DNA of 24,435 nucleotides from a virus (Duplodnaviria; Heunggongvirae; Uroviricota; Caudoviricetes): IMG/VR virus record IMGVR_UViG_2529293044_000006, positions 1 to 24,435 of that record; one strand, 5' to 3'. Shown piece by piece: positions 1 to 11,180 of this stretch (position 1 is its first letter; each line of letters starts with the position of its first letter). The notes under the pieces were generated by a model. It saw only the letters and a program-made list of their open reading frames with translations, ran no database searches and was not told where the DNA came from. The position numbers and the translations under genes were made by a program.

Positions 1-37
1 GCCGCGATTGTATGCAAGTCCTCTCATGGTAAATTCC

Positions 38-334
38 TCAGTCATTACTGATAGCGCCATAGCGTGAGCGGTAATTACGCAGGCGCGGGTCGATATATTC
101 AGGGAAGTGGGTATATGTGGCTTTGCGGAATGGTCGGATTGATGTCTGGTAAATTCGCTCGCGTTCTTCTTTCTCTGCAAGCCATATACAGTGGCGAAAT
201 TCCTTTTCCTCTTTCGTTTCCTGCGGTAGAGACATTATTCGATCGTAGTTTTTTCTGAATTTATCCAGCACCTCCGATACGGAATTGCCGGAACAGCGGC
301 GCGGGTCATCCGCACCATACAGAGGCGCTGGCAT
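38..334 (-). CDS. hypothetical early-left phage protein (98 aa)
   Basis: ORF with SD aggag upstream of the ATG at 334, directly downstream of ssb in the leftward operon; no family recognised. Confidence 0.45.
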   Translation of the reverse strand: MPAPLYGADDPRRCSGNSVSEVLDKFRKNYDRIMSLPQETKEEKEFRHCIWLAEKEERERIYQTSIRPFRKATYTHFPEYIDPRLRNYRSRYGAISND

Positions 335-347
335 GATTTTCTCCTGA

Positions 348-854
348 TTAAATCGCGTGAATAGCGTGACGAGGGAAGGGGAGAGTTACTGGTGCAAAGG
401 GTATATCGTCGTCAAAATCCATCGGAGGTTCGTTGTGTTGTGCTGGTGATGATTGCTGCTGTGGCTTCTGTGATTGCCTGCTGGCTGCTTGTTGTTTGCT
501 GTCGCCAATGCCGCCAAGCATTTGCATCACGCCATTAATTCCGACATGAACCTCGGTTGTGTAACGGTCTTGCCCTGACTGGTCTTTCCACTTTCTGGTT
601 CTCAGCATTCCCTCGAAATAAATCTGATCACCTTTTTTCACATACTGCCCCACGACCTCAGCCAGTTTCCCGGATACAGCAACACGATGCCATTCAGTCA
701 ATTCCTTTTGCTCGCCAGTATTTTTATCTCGCCATTGTTCTGACGTGGCTATTGTCAGGTTAGCGAACGCTGTTCCTGATGGTGAGTATCGAACTTCCGG
801 GTCTTGTCCTACCCGACCAAGGATAATCACCTTATTTACGCCTCTGCTTGCCAT
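348..854 (-). CDS. ssb: single-stranded DNA-binding protein
   Basis: 168 aa; SSB OB-fold motifs ([18 protein letters not shown]...WHRV) and acidic C-terminal tail ending DFDDDIPF. Confidence 0.9.
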   Translation of the reverse strand: MASRGVNKVIILGRVGQDPEVRYSPSGTAFANLTIATSEQWRDKNTGEQKELTEWHRVAVSGKLAEVVGQYVKKGDQIYFEGMLRTRKWKDQSGQDRYTTEVHVGINGVMQMLGGIGDSKQQAASRQSQKPQQQSSPAQHNEPPMDFDDDIPFAPVTLPFPRHAIHAI

Positions 855-1562
855 TTATGCTGCCTGTTTTAGTTCGTTAACTCTGATGTTCATTACCTGA
901 ACACATTTAGCCTGCGCCTCCTCGTTGCCAGCCATTAATTGCCAGTCACGCTGATAACGCTCGATGAGTTTTTTCTTGTCAGTTTCTGTCGCTGCATAAT
1001 CGCTGAAGTCTTTCAGGATTTGTTCGCAGTCAACCGATGGAGATTTCTGGTTGGTATTTTCTGGTGATGGTTTGTTATCTGATGCTGGGATTGCCCATCC
1101 CGGCAGTGATGGAGGTAGCCAGTAAAATCCTGTTCCATCCTTGAGTTTTGCCCTGTGCCATCCCTGCTTTTTATCGAGAGATGTTTGTGCGAAACCTTCC
1201 TCAAGGTTATACAGATACCGACCGATTCCCCACTGAACGGCAGCGCGCTTCATTGCACCGGAACGACCACCTTTTACGGCTTCTACCTGCGTGTTTTCAG
1301 CAGCATCCCATTTGGTTACCCATTCGGAATCAATCCTGATTGATATGCCGCATTCAACGCCTCCGTTGTTGGGAATATCTCGGTATTCATTGCGCCATCC
1401 TGCTTTGCCGCAAACATCGTCAAGGCGTTTCATGATTGCCCTGTTCGTGACATAAGCCAGCACCATAGCCCACACCTTGCCATCGCGTGTTTTACCGCTT
1501 TGCTGTATTCGCCATTCGATATCTTCAGGGCTGAATGGCTCATCGAATTTATTCAAATCCAT
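855..1562 (-). CDS. Rad52/22-family single-strand annealing recombinase (bet position)
   Basis: 235 aa with SD gaggtg; block GAMKRAAVQWGIGRYLYNL is typical of Rad52-like phage annealing proteins; adjacent to ssb. Confidence 0.7.
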   Translation of the reverse strand: MDLNKFDEPFSPEDIEWRIQQSGKTRDGKVWAMVLAYVTNRAIMKRLDDVCGKAGWRNEYRDIPNNGGVECGISIRIDSEWVTKWDAAENTQVEAVKGGRSGAMKRAAVQWGIGRYLYNLEEGFAQTSLDKKQGWHRAKLKDGTGFYWLPPSLPGWAIPASDNKPSPENTNQKSPSVDCEQILKDFSDYAATETDKKKLIERYQRDWQLMAGNEEAQAKCVQVMNIRVNELKQAA

Positions 1563-1570
1563 AATTCACC

Positions 1571-1741
1571 TCAGAATGGACATGGACCAAGGAAATAACG
1601 CTGATTTAATACTTCGGTCTTTGCCGCATTTAAAAAGACGCGAACACCTTCACGATCTCCCTTCTGGCGATACATTAACGCCTGCTGCGTGTACATGCGT
1701 CTCTGTAACTTGCTCTCCTTCACTGTGGTTGCAAGTGACAT
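1571..1741 (-). CDS. small hypothetical protein (56 aa)
   Basis: ATG at 1741 preceded by strong SD aaggag; overlaps an alternative 61-aa frame (1650-1835), so the true reading is uncertain. Confidence 0.3.
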   Translation of the reverse strand: MSLATTVKESKLQRRMYTQQALMYRQKGDREGVRVFLNAAKTEVLNQRYFLGPCPF

Positions 1742-1817
1742 GAATATCTCCTTCGTTACCGATTAATTCTTTCATCTGACGAATGAATTCTTCGTCTGAC
1801 CAGTTATCTGTAAAACT

Positions 1818-1969
1818 CATTTCCTGCGGTACCACGGAAGGTTGATAGCTGATTTCATCGCTTTATTTGCTTCAAGCCACATTTTTGAATCACCAATAAA
1901 TCTGGCTATTACTGCTTTGTTTTGTGCCGCACGAAGCATCTGGTGATTAATGGCTATTTCATTGCGCAT
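1818..1969 (-). CDS. kil: Kil-like host division inhibitor, reading frame broken at a T-run
   Basis: ATG at 1969 gives MRNEIAINHQMLRAAQ then a stop; the adjacent frame continues NKAVIARFIGDSKMWLEANKAMKSAINLPWYRRK to the stop at 1818; FIGDxKM core resembles lambda Kil; one extra T in the run at 1921-1923 would join the frames. Confidence 0.4.
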
Positions 1970-2085
1970 AATAAGACCTCAACTCTTTTCCATCCGTCAC
2001 GTAATTTACGGGTGATTCGTTCAAGTAAAGATTCATTTAGTTGGAAGGCACCCATGCGAGCGCCTCCCGCGATTACGTAAATCAT
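1954..2085 (-). CDS. cIII: CIII-like FtsH protease inhibitor
   Basis: 43 aa containing ESLLERITRKLRDGWKR, the conserved core of lambda CIII; lies just upstream of kil in the PL operon as in lambda. Confidence 0.65.
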   Translation of the reverse strand: MIYVIAGGARMGAFQLNESLLERITRKLRDGWKRVEVLLCAMK

Positions 2086-2109
2086 GGGTGGTTCCTTATA
2101 TTGGTTTTA

Positions 2110-4363
<2,254 letters not shown>

Positions 4364-4398
4364 CTAAGTGAGTAAACTCTCAGTCAGAGGTGACTCAC

Positions 4399-4698
4399 AT
4401 GACAAAAACAGTATCAACCAGTAAAAAACCCCGTAAACAGCATTCGCCTGAATTTCGCAGTGAAGCCCTGAAGCTTGCTGAACGCATCGGTGTTACTGCC
4501 GCAGCCCGTGAACTCAGCCTGTATGAATCACAGCTCTACAACTGGCGCAGTAAACAGCAAAATCAGCAGACGTCTTCTGAACGTGAACTGGAGATGTCTA
4601 CCGAGATTGCACGTCTCAAACGCCAGCTGGCAGAACGGGATGAAGAGCTGGCTATCCTCCAAAAGGCCGCGACATACTTCGCGAAGCGCCTGAAATGA
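4399..4698 (+). CDS. insE: IS3 OrfA (InsE)
   Basis: 99 aa from ATG at 4399; HTH and leucine-zipper region ([28 protein letters not shown]). Confidence 0.85.
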   Translation: MTKTVSTSKKPRKQHSPEFRSEALKLAERIGVTAAARELSLYESQLYNWRSKQQNQQTSSERELEMSTEIARLKRQLAERDEELAILQKAATYFAKRLK

Positions 4699-5561
4699 AG
4701 TATGTCTTTATTGAAAAACATCAGGCTGAGTTCAGCATCAAAGCAATGTGCCGCGTGCTCCGGGTGGCCCGCAGCGGCTGGTATACGTGGTGTCAGCGGC
4801 GGACAAGGATAAGCACGCGTCAGCAGTTCCGCCAACACTGCGACAGCGTTGTCCTCGCGGCTTTTACCCGGTCAAAACAGCGTTACGGTGCCCCACGCCT
4901 GACGGATGAACTGCGTGCTCAGGGTTACCCCTTTAACGTAAAAACCGTGGCGGCAAGCCTGCGCCGTCAGGGACTGAGGGCAAAGGCCTCCCGGAAGTTC
5001 AGCCCGGTCAGCTACCGCGCACACGGCCTGCCTGTGTCAGAAAATCTGTTGGAGCAGGATTTTTACGCCAGTGGCCCGAACCAGAAGTGGGCAGGAGACA
5101 TCACGTACTTACGTACAGATGAAGGCTGGCTGTATCTGGCAGTGGTCATTGACCTGTGGTCACGTGCCGTTATTGGCTGGTCAATGTCGCCACGCATGAC
5201 GGCGCAACTGGCCTGCGATGCCCTGCAGATGGCGCTGTGGCGGCGTAAGAGGCCCCGGAACGTTATCGTTCACACGGACCGTGGAGGCCAGTACTGTTCA
5301 GCAGATTATCAGGCGCAACTGAAGCGGCATAATCTGCGTGGAAGTATGAGCGCAAAAGGTTGCTGCTACGATAATGCCTGCGTGGAAAGCTTCTTTCATT
5401 CGCTGAAAGTGGAATGTATCCATGGAGAACACTTTATCAGCCGGGAAATAATGCGGGCAACGGTGTTTAATTATATCGAATGTGATTACAATCGGTGGCG
5501 GCGGCACAGTTGGTGTGGCGGCCTCAGTCCGGAACAATTTGAAAACCAGAACCTCGCTTAG
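4695..5561 (+). CDS. insF: IS3 OrfB (InsF) transposase catalytic domain
   Basis: 288 aa with DDE core (WAGDITYL...HTDRGGQY...); overlaps orfA as expected for programmed -1 frameshifting. Confidence 0.85.
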   Translation: MKYVFIEKHQAEFSIKAMCRVLRVARSGWYTWCQRRTRISTRQQFRQHCDSVVLAAFTRSKQRYGAPRLTDELRAQGYPFNVKTVAASLRRQGLRAKASRKFSPVSYRAHGLPVSENLLEQDFYASGPNQKWAGDITYLRTDEGWLYLAVVIDLWSRAVIGWSMSPRMTAQLACDALQMALWRRKRPRNVIVHTDRGGQYCSADYQAQLKRHNLRGSMSAKGCCYDNACVESFFHSLKVECIHGEHFISREIMRATVFNYIECDYNRWRRHSWCGGLSPEQFENQNLA

Positions 5562-5921
<360 letters not shown>

Positions 5922-6298
5922 GCTGCTGCCTTAGCTTCTTCTTCGGCTTTAATCCGCGCCTGTTCCTCCTCATAATCAGTAAGAGGCTGGCGTGCCTTGG
6001 CTTTCAGCTCATCAAGGCGATCGCGCACTGTCTTGCGGTTGGCATCAATTAGCTTTGGAATTTCCTTCAGTTCAGCAACAAGGTCTTTGCCAAGACCATC
6101 GAGATATGTTTTCGTCTGCGCAACTTTATACGCCAGAGAAGCGATCTCCTTTCTGCCCTTTGCCGTTGTGATATCAGGCACAAAGGACATAACTTCACGT
6201 TCAACCTTTTGAAGGATTTCTTCAATCTGGTCGGCAGACTGAAATACAGTCATTGCATTTGCTTTTTCAATAACAACTAAATCTGTTACTTCACTCAT
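5922..6298 (-). pseudogene. 5' portion of the IS100-disrupted coiled-coil phage gene
   Basis: ATG at 6298 with SD ggagga; MSEVTDLVVIEKANAM...EEEAKAAAVNDG then stop inside the IS100 end. Confidence 0.6.
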
Positions 6299-6310
6299 AT
6301 ATCCTCCATC

Positions 6311-6339
6311 AAAAAAATTGCCCTCACATTGGAGGGCAA
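6311..6339 (-). terminator. candidate intrinsic terminator in the PL operon
   Basis: On the minus strand: 8-bp stem ttgccctc/gagggcaa with 6-nt loop followed by T7. Confidence 0.45.
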
Positions 6340-6441
6340 AGAAGATTTCCAATAATCAGAACAAGTCGGCTCCTGTTTAGTTACGAGCGACATTGCTCCG
6401 TGTATTCACTCGTTGGAATGAATACACAGTGCTTATTCGTA

Positions 6442-6912
6442 CTAATAAAACACCCAATTTTCTGTTTCTTGGTTGTGTCCAAAGTTATATTCAATATCTG
6501 GTGTTGATGTATCAATATTCTTCATCCCATCAACAAGAGTTGATACAACAGCCAAATCTTGTTTGATTCTCATCAAATGGTATTTCTTTCGGCGCAATAA
6601 ACTTTCAATGGCAAGTTTCTTCGTCGGGAATGCAAAAGATCTTTCTGCATTTTTTGCTACTTTCTTAATTGCATATCTATTTCTCCTTTGTTTCCATTCC
6701 TGTAACCACTGATTTGGTGCTGGTTTAAAATTAACAATCCAATGCGCAGGAACCAACCATGCATAATGCTCTGTCTGATGAAAAGCTATATATTGAAGTG
6801 CGAATATTTTGATCCCATCTTCTTCAACTGTCGCCTGGAATCTCCAGAAAACAGGCATTCCATCATGTTCAGTTTCTGATTCAGGAAAAGGTACGCTCCA
6901 TGATTTTGTCAT
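6442..6912 (-). CDS. hypothetical protein (156 aa), first gene downstream of N
   Basis: ATG at 6912 with SD gaggtg; AT-rich; no family recognised. Confidence 0.55.
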   Translation of the reverse strand: MTKSWSVPFPESETEHDGMPVFWRFQATVEEDGIKIFALQYIAFHQTEHYAWLVPAHWIVNFKPAPNQWLQEWKQRRNRYAIKKVAKNAERSFAFPTKKLAIESLLRRKKYHLMRIKQDLAVVSTLVDGMKNIDTSTPDIEYNFGHNQETENWVFY

Positions 6913-6970
6913 ATCTCACCTCAAATAAGTGGTTTGCTGCCTAATTTCATTTTCTGGCGACCAACACAAG

Positions 6971-7354
6971 TCATCTTGCTGTCAGTTGTTTGGATTTCCG
7001 GTAGCCTGCCGCGTAAATGGCTACGTTTGGAAGACATACACCAGTTTCTGGTTGCTTATGTCCAAACTCATTCGCGTACACAATGGCCGCTCGCTCCAGA
7101 TTGCGTCTGTATTCTTTCTGTTGCCAGATCACGTCCTGTGCTATGAACTTAATTGGCTTAGCGTCTTCTATGCGCTCAGGCGTTTCGTGAGTACCTTTAG
7201 CCTGAATCTGCGCTCTGCTTAGAGTAGGGCGGTGTAATACTTCTGAACTTATTGCTTCTTCGCGGGCCAGTACGCCGTTAGCTAATGCCTTTGCCTTTAA
7301 ACGCTCACGACGACGAGAACGTGAATTGCCTTTGAACTGAGTTCTGCGTGTCAT
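6971..7354 (-). CDS. N: N-type transcription antiterminator (P22 gp24-like)
   Basis: 127 aa with SD aggagg; N-terminal arginine-rich motif (GNSRSRRRERLKAKALA); C-terminus VAIYAAGYRKSKQLTAR resembles P22 gene 24; first gene downstream of PL. Confidence 0.7.
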   Translation of the reverse strand: MTRRTQFKGNSRSRRRERLKAKALANGVLAREEAISSEVLHRPTLSRAQIQAKGTHETPERIEDAKPIKFIAQDVIWQQKEYRRNLERAAIVYANEFGHKQPETGVCLPNVAIYAAGYRKSKQLTAR

Positions 7355-7519
7355 ATAGACCTCCTGATGAACTTTGGTGGTGTGGTCGGTGGGAGACCCA
7401 TTTCGACCTGTTTCGGCCTACTTCAATTCGGCAATAGTCCCGCAGGCCTCGCCGCTTTACGTGCGACATATTCCCGTCCATGAACCCTTCACCACACCCC
7501 AAAGTTCACTTTGGTTATT

Positions 7520-7534
7520 GCGCTTTGTCAGCGC
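7520..7534 (-). promoter_or_regulatory. nutL boxB hairpin (P22 type)
   Basis: Minus-strand sequence GCGCTGACAAAGCGC, a 5-bp stem with GACAA-type loop matching P22 boxB as I recall it, in the PL leader. Confidence 0.6.
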
Positions 7535-7596
7535 CGTAGATTCTTGCTTGAATCGTTGTATATTCACCGCCCTGGTGAGTAGTGCGTCCTGCTGAT

Positions 7597-7665
7597 GTGT
7601 TTAGTATCACCGCCAGTGGTATTTGCGTCAACACCGCCAGAGATAATTTATCACCGCAGATGGTT
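7597..7665 (-). promoter_or_regulatory. PL promoter with operators OL1, OL2, OL3
   Basis: TATCACCGCCAGTGGTA (7605-7621), CAACACCGCCAGAGATA (7629-7645), TATCACCGCAGATGGTT (7649-7665) match the lambda operators; minus-strand -35 TTGACG and -10 GATACT. Confidence 0.85.
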
Positions 7666-7825
7666 ATCTGTATGTTTTTTATATAGATTTATTTTTTTGC
7701 AGGGGTGTGTGGCTTGGGAGGTGATCGAGAGATCTGAATTGCGATGTTTAGTGAGTTGTATCTATTAATTTTCAAATAAATACAATTGGTTATGTGTTAT
7801 TGGGTGAAGGGGATCGTGAGGTAAA

Positions 7826-7850
7826 GAAAACCCGGCGCTGAGGCCGGGTT
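7826..7850 (-). terminator. t_imm-like terminator ending the cI operon
   Basis: AAAACCCGGCGCTGAGGCCGGGTT hairpin matching the lambda terminator that follows rexB; 5 bp after the stop of the 7856-8227 ORF. Confidence 0.7.
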
Positions 7851-7855
7851 GTGTG

Positions 7856-8227
7856 TTACTTAAGAACGAGTCCGTTTAAGGCATCAAGGATTTTGGAAAC
7901 ATAACTTCCAAAAATGTAGGCGCAAAATGCGAACACGAAACTGACAACGACCGCAGATGCCTTGATGGTGATTTTTGCTGAGCTAATGCTTGTCTCAATA
8001 CCTGACAGACGAGAATCTACAGATTTTATATCTGACTTTACTTCAGCGAGATCGCGCTTGATGTATTCAACATCAGACTCTAGCTTTGCAACTCTAGCCT
8101 CAAGCATGTTACCTCCGCCGTTTCCTCCACCATGCCGTGAGTATGCATCATCAGTGGAATAGTGTCCAATTGGGCGAGATATGTTTTGATTTGGACGAAG
8201 CTGAGCAACCTTGTTATCTAAACTCAT
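7856..8227 (-). CDS. small coiled-coil membrane protein in the rexB position
   Basis: 123 aa (or 83 aa from the internal ATG at 8107, which follows GGAGG); Gly-rich linker HGGGNGGGN, predicted coiled coil, single C-terminal hydrophobic helix AVVVSFVFAFCAYIFGSYV; low GC. Confidence 0.55.
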   Translation of the reverse strand: MSLDNKVAQLRPNQNISRPIGHYSTDDAYSRHGGGNGGGNMLEARVAKLESDVEYIKRDLAEVKSDIKSVDSRLSGIETSISSAKITIKASAVVVSFVFAFCAYIFGSYVSKILDALNGLVLK

Positions 8228-8651
8228 CGCGAACTGATCCTGTTATCTTCACGTCAAAAAACGAACTTTTTACATCAATTACTTCGCCTTTATCAGGATT
8301 AACCAGTGATGCTCTAACTTCGAATATCCCAGGCTTGATAATTTTCACCCTTGGGAAGTTAATTCTCATAGAAGTTGATACGATGGTTTCTCCATCGTTG
8401 GCTTCTGCTACCGTAAAAAACTTATGGTTGGAGTACAGTTTTGTGTCAATTGGTATCGGTATTTCTTGAGCATTGAAAACCTCAATGCCTATGGAATATT
8501 TTTTTGTAGCCTTAAGGCCGATAAAAAAAGCGCCAAATGATAGATCCACTTCATGGGAGTCTTTATCCATTTCATAGATAAGAACTGGAGTTACTGGGTT
8601 GCCTTCATCCATCGCAATCGGAATGATATAAGAAATACGTTCTTTAATCAT
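8214..8651 (-). CDS. hypothetical soluble protein in the rexA position
   Basis: 145 aa; starts 7 nt after the cI stop and is co-oriented with cI; low GC; no family recognised. Confidence 0.55.
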   Translation of the reverse strand: MIKERISYIIPIAMDEGNPVTPVLIYEMDKDSHEVDLSFGAFFIGLKATKKYSIGIEVFNAQEIPIPIDTKLYSNHKFFTVAEANDGETIVSTSMRINFPRVKIIKPGIFEVRASLVNPDKGEVIDVKSSFFDVKITGSVRDEFR

Positions 8652-8658
8652 TTACGTG

Positions 8659-9370
<712 letters not shown>

Positions 9371-9380
9371 ACGTTAAATC

Positions 9381-9445
9381 TATCACCGCAAGGGATAAAT
9401 ATCTAACACCGTGCGTGTTGACTATTTTACCTCTGGCGGTGATAA
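9381..9445. promoter_or_regulatory. OR3-OR2-OR1 with divergent PRM and PR
   Basis: TATCACCGCAAGGGATA (9381-9397), TAACACCGTGCGTGTTG (9404-9420), TACCTCTGGCGGTGATA (9428-9444) match lambda operators; PR -35 TTGACT and -10 GATAAT. Confidence 0.9.
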
Positions 9446-9461
9446 TGGTTGCATGTACTAA

Positions 9462-9671
<210 letters not shown>

Positions 9672-9709
9672 GTAACACCGCTATTTTCACAATGGACATT
9701 CGTCCTACG

Positions 9710-9724
9710 TCGCTGACAAAGCGA
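9710..9724 (+). promoter_or_regulatory. candidate nutR boxB hairpin
   Basis: TCGCTGACAAAGCGA: same GACAA-loop hairpin as nutL, located between cro and cII. Confidence 0.5.
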
Positions 9725-9809
9725 GTCCCAATATATCTGACCAACTAAGGCCATATGCGTTTCCACGCATACCTTTCAACTAACTATTCACTATTGGAAA
9801 TATTAAGAA

Positions 9810-10109
9810 ATGACACAAGCAAGTTACAGCAAGCCAACACAGCGAGAAATTGATCGCGCAGAAACTGATTTACTCATCAACCTGTCAACGCTTACCCAGC
9901 GCGGTCTGGCAAAGATGATTGGCTGTCATGAATCGAAGATAAGCAGAACGGACTGGAGATTTATTGCTTCGGTCTTGTGTGCTTTCGGAATGGCATCAGA
10001 CATAAGTCCGATTAGCAGGGCTTTTAAGTATGCGCTTGATGGACTCACCAATAAAAAACGCCCGGTGTGCAAGACCGAGCGTTCTGATCAAATACAAATG
10101 GAATTTTAA
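9810..10109 (+). CDS. cII: CII-like transcriptional activator
   Basis: 99 aa; position after cro/nutR; C-terminus LTNKKRP...ERSDQIQMEF resembles lambda CII. Confidence 0.6.
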   Translation: MTQASYSKPTQREIDRAETDLLINLSTLTQRGLAKMIGCHESKISRTDWRFIASVLCAFGMASDISPISRAFKYALDGLTNKKRPVCKTERSDQIQMEF

Positions 10110-10131
10110 TAACATCCAACGAGGTAATTAT

Positions 10132-10275
10132 ATGCGAAAAACGCAGGAAAATAAACGCGTTAATCACCGAAAAGATGTGCTACGTGACCAGTTTTATCAG
10201 GGGGTTAATCCAGCAATAGCTGTGCCACTGAGAGAAATACTTAACAGGTACAAAACTTCGGAGAAGTCAAAATGA
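10132..10275 (+). CDS. small hypothetical protein (47 aa)
   Basis: ATG at 10132 with SD gagg; basic; stop overlaps the start of the initiator gene. Confidence 0.3.
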   Translation: MRKTQENKRVNHRKDVLRDQFYQGVNPAIAVPLREILNRYKTSEKSK

Positions 10276-11069
10276 GCATGAATCTTATGGCTAAGGCCAT
10301 GAATATAAAGGTTGGCAACCCACTGAGAAAACTGGTTCTGATTAAACTTGCCGATAACGCCAATGATAATGGCGAATGCTGGCCTTCATATCAACATGTC
10401 GCTGACCAGTGTGAGGTGAGCAGATCGACAGTAAAAAGTCACATTAGGGCGCTGGAAGAGATGGGGCTTTTGAAAAGGGAATTCAGAAGAAAAGGAGAGC
10501 TTAACCAGTCAAACGTTTTTTATCTGACGCTGGATAATGCACAACAAATACAACCAGAATCAGGTGGGGCAGGAGCTGCCCGGGGTGGGGCAGGAGCTGC
10601 CCGGGGTGGGGCAGGAGCTGACCTAGGGGGTGGGGCAGGAGCTGCCCCCAGAACCTATCACTCTTTTGAACCAGTCAATGAACCTAAAAACATTATGTTC
10701 GAACATGTCCGAACAGAGAGTGAAAAAACTCCTGACCGTCACGAAGAAACCGACAAGGCATTCGAGGAAATATTCTGGTGTGCAGGCATGCGGAAAGCCG
10801 GGAAGAAAAACGCAGCTTCGGCATTCAGAACACAGTTCAGGGAATGGCGTAAAACTACCAGGGGTACGGCAAGCGAGTTTGCCACGATGCTGGCAGAAGA
10901 CATCGCATGCAGGAATGGTAAGCAGTTCGGATTCGACAGGTTGTTACCATCGAGCTACCTGAACGGTCAGCGCTGGAACGACGAAAAGCCAGAAACCATT
11001 CAACCACAATCCAAACCATCATCCGCAATCACCGTATCGAAAACTGGCTACGTGTTTTTCGACAGGTGA
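10272..11069 (+). CDS. replication initiator (O-like) with internal iterons
   Basis: 265 aa; N-terminal HTH-like region (YQHVADQCEVSRSTVKSHIRALEEMGLLKR); a Gly/Ala-rich linker is encoded by four tandem repeats; directly upstream of the primase-helicase. Confidence 0.6.
   Translation: MSMNLMAKAMNIKVGNPLRKLVLIKLADNANDNGECWPSYQHVADQCEVSRSTVKSHIRALEEMGLLKREFRRKGELNQSNVFYLTLDNAQQIQPESGGAGAARGGAGAARGGAGADLGGGAGAAPRTYHSFEPVNEPKNIMFEHVRTESEKTPDRHEETDKAFEEIFWCAGMRKAGKKNAASAFRTQFREWRKTTRGTASEFATMLAEDIACRNGKQFGFDRLLPSSYLNGQRWNDEKPETIQPQSKPSSAITVSKTGYVFFDR
10563..10648. repeat. four tandem 21-bp iterons (candidate replication origin)
   Basis: GGTGGGGCAGGAGCTGCCCGG repeated about four times, each with dyad GGGCAG-n3-CTGCCC; more AT-rich DNA follows. 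Confidence 0.6.
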
Positions 11070-11072
11070 ACC

Positions 11073-11180
11073 ATGAAATCAAAAATCAAATCGCTACTGG
11101 TCGCTGGTTATAACCACGGCTGGTTAAGTATTTCGTTTGTCGATTTCTGGTTTAAAAATCTCAATCTGAGGGAATCATGA
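11073..11180 (+). CDS. possible small protein (35 aa)
   Basis: ATG at 11073 in the gap between initiator and helicase genes; hydrophobic; no clear SD. Confidence 0.2.
   Translation: MKSKIKSLLVAGYNHGWLSISFVDFWFKNLNLRES

Noticed and set aside
1650..1835. 61-aa minus-strand ORF from the track
   Set aside because: Overlaps both the kil-like frame and the better-initiated 1571-1741 ORF; its start has a weak SD. Not excluded, but not called; a further frameshift here is possible.
7374..7595. 73-aa plus-strand ORF in the PL leader
   Set aside because: Overlaps nutL and the PL transcript in antisense and has no SD; the region is better explained as leader and regulatory DNA.
10563..10648. Tandem 21-bp repeats considered as a possible CRISPR array
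   Set aside because: Only four units, no unique spacers, the period is the repeat itself, and they lie inside a coding region next to a helicase gene; ori iterons explain them better.
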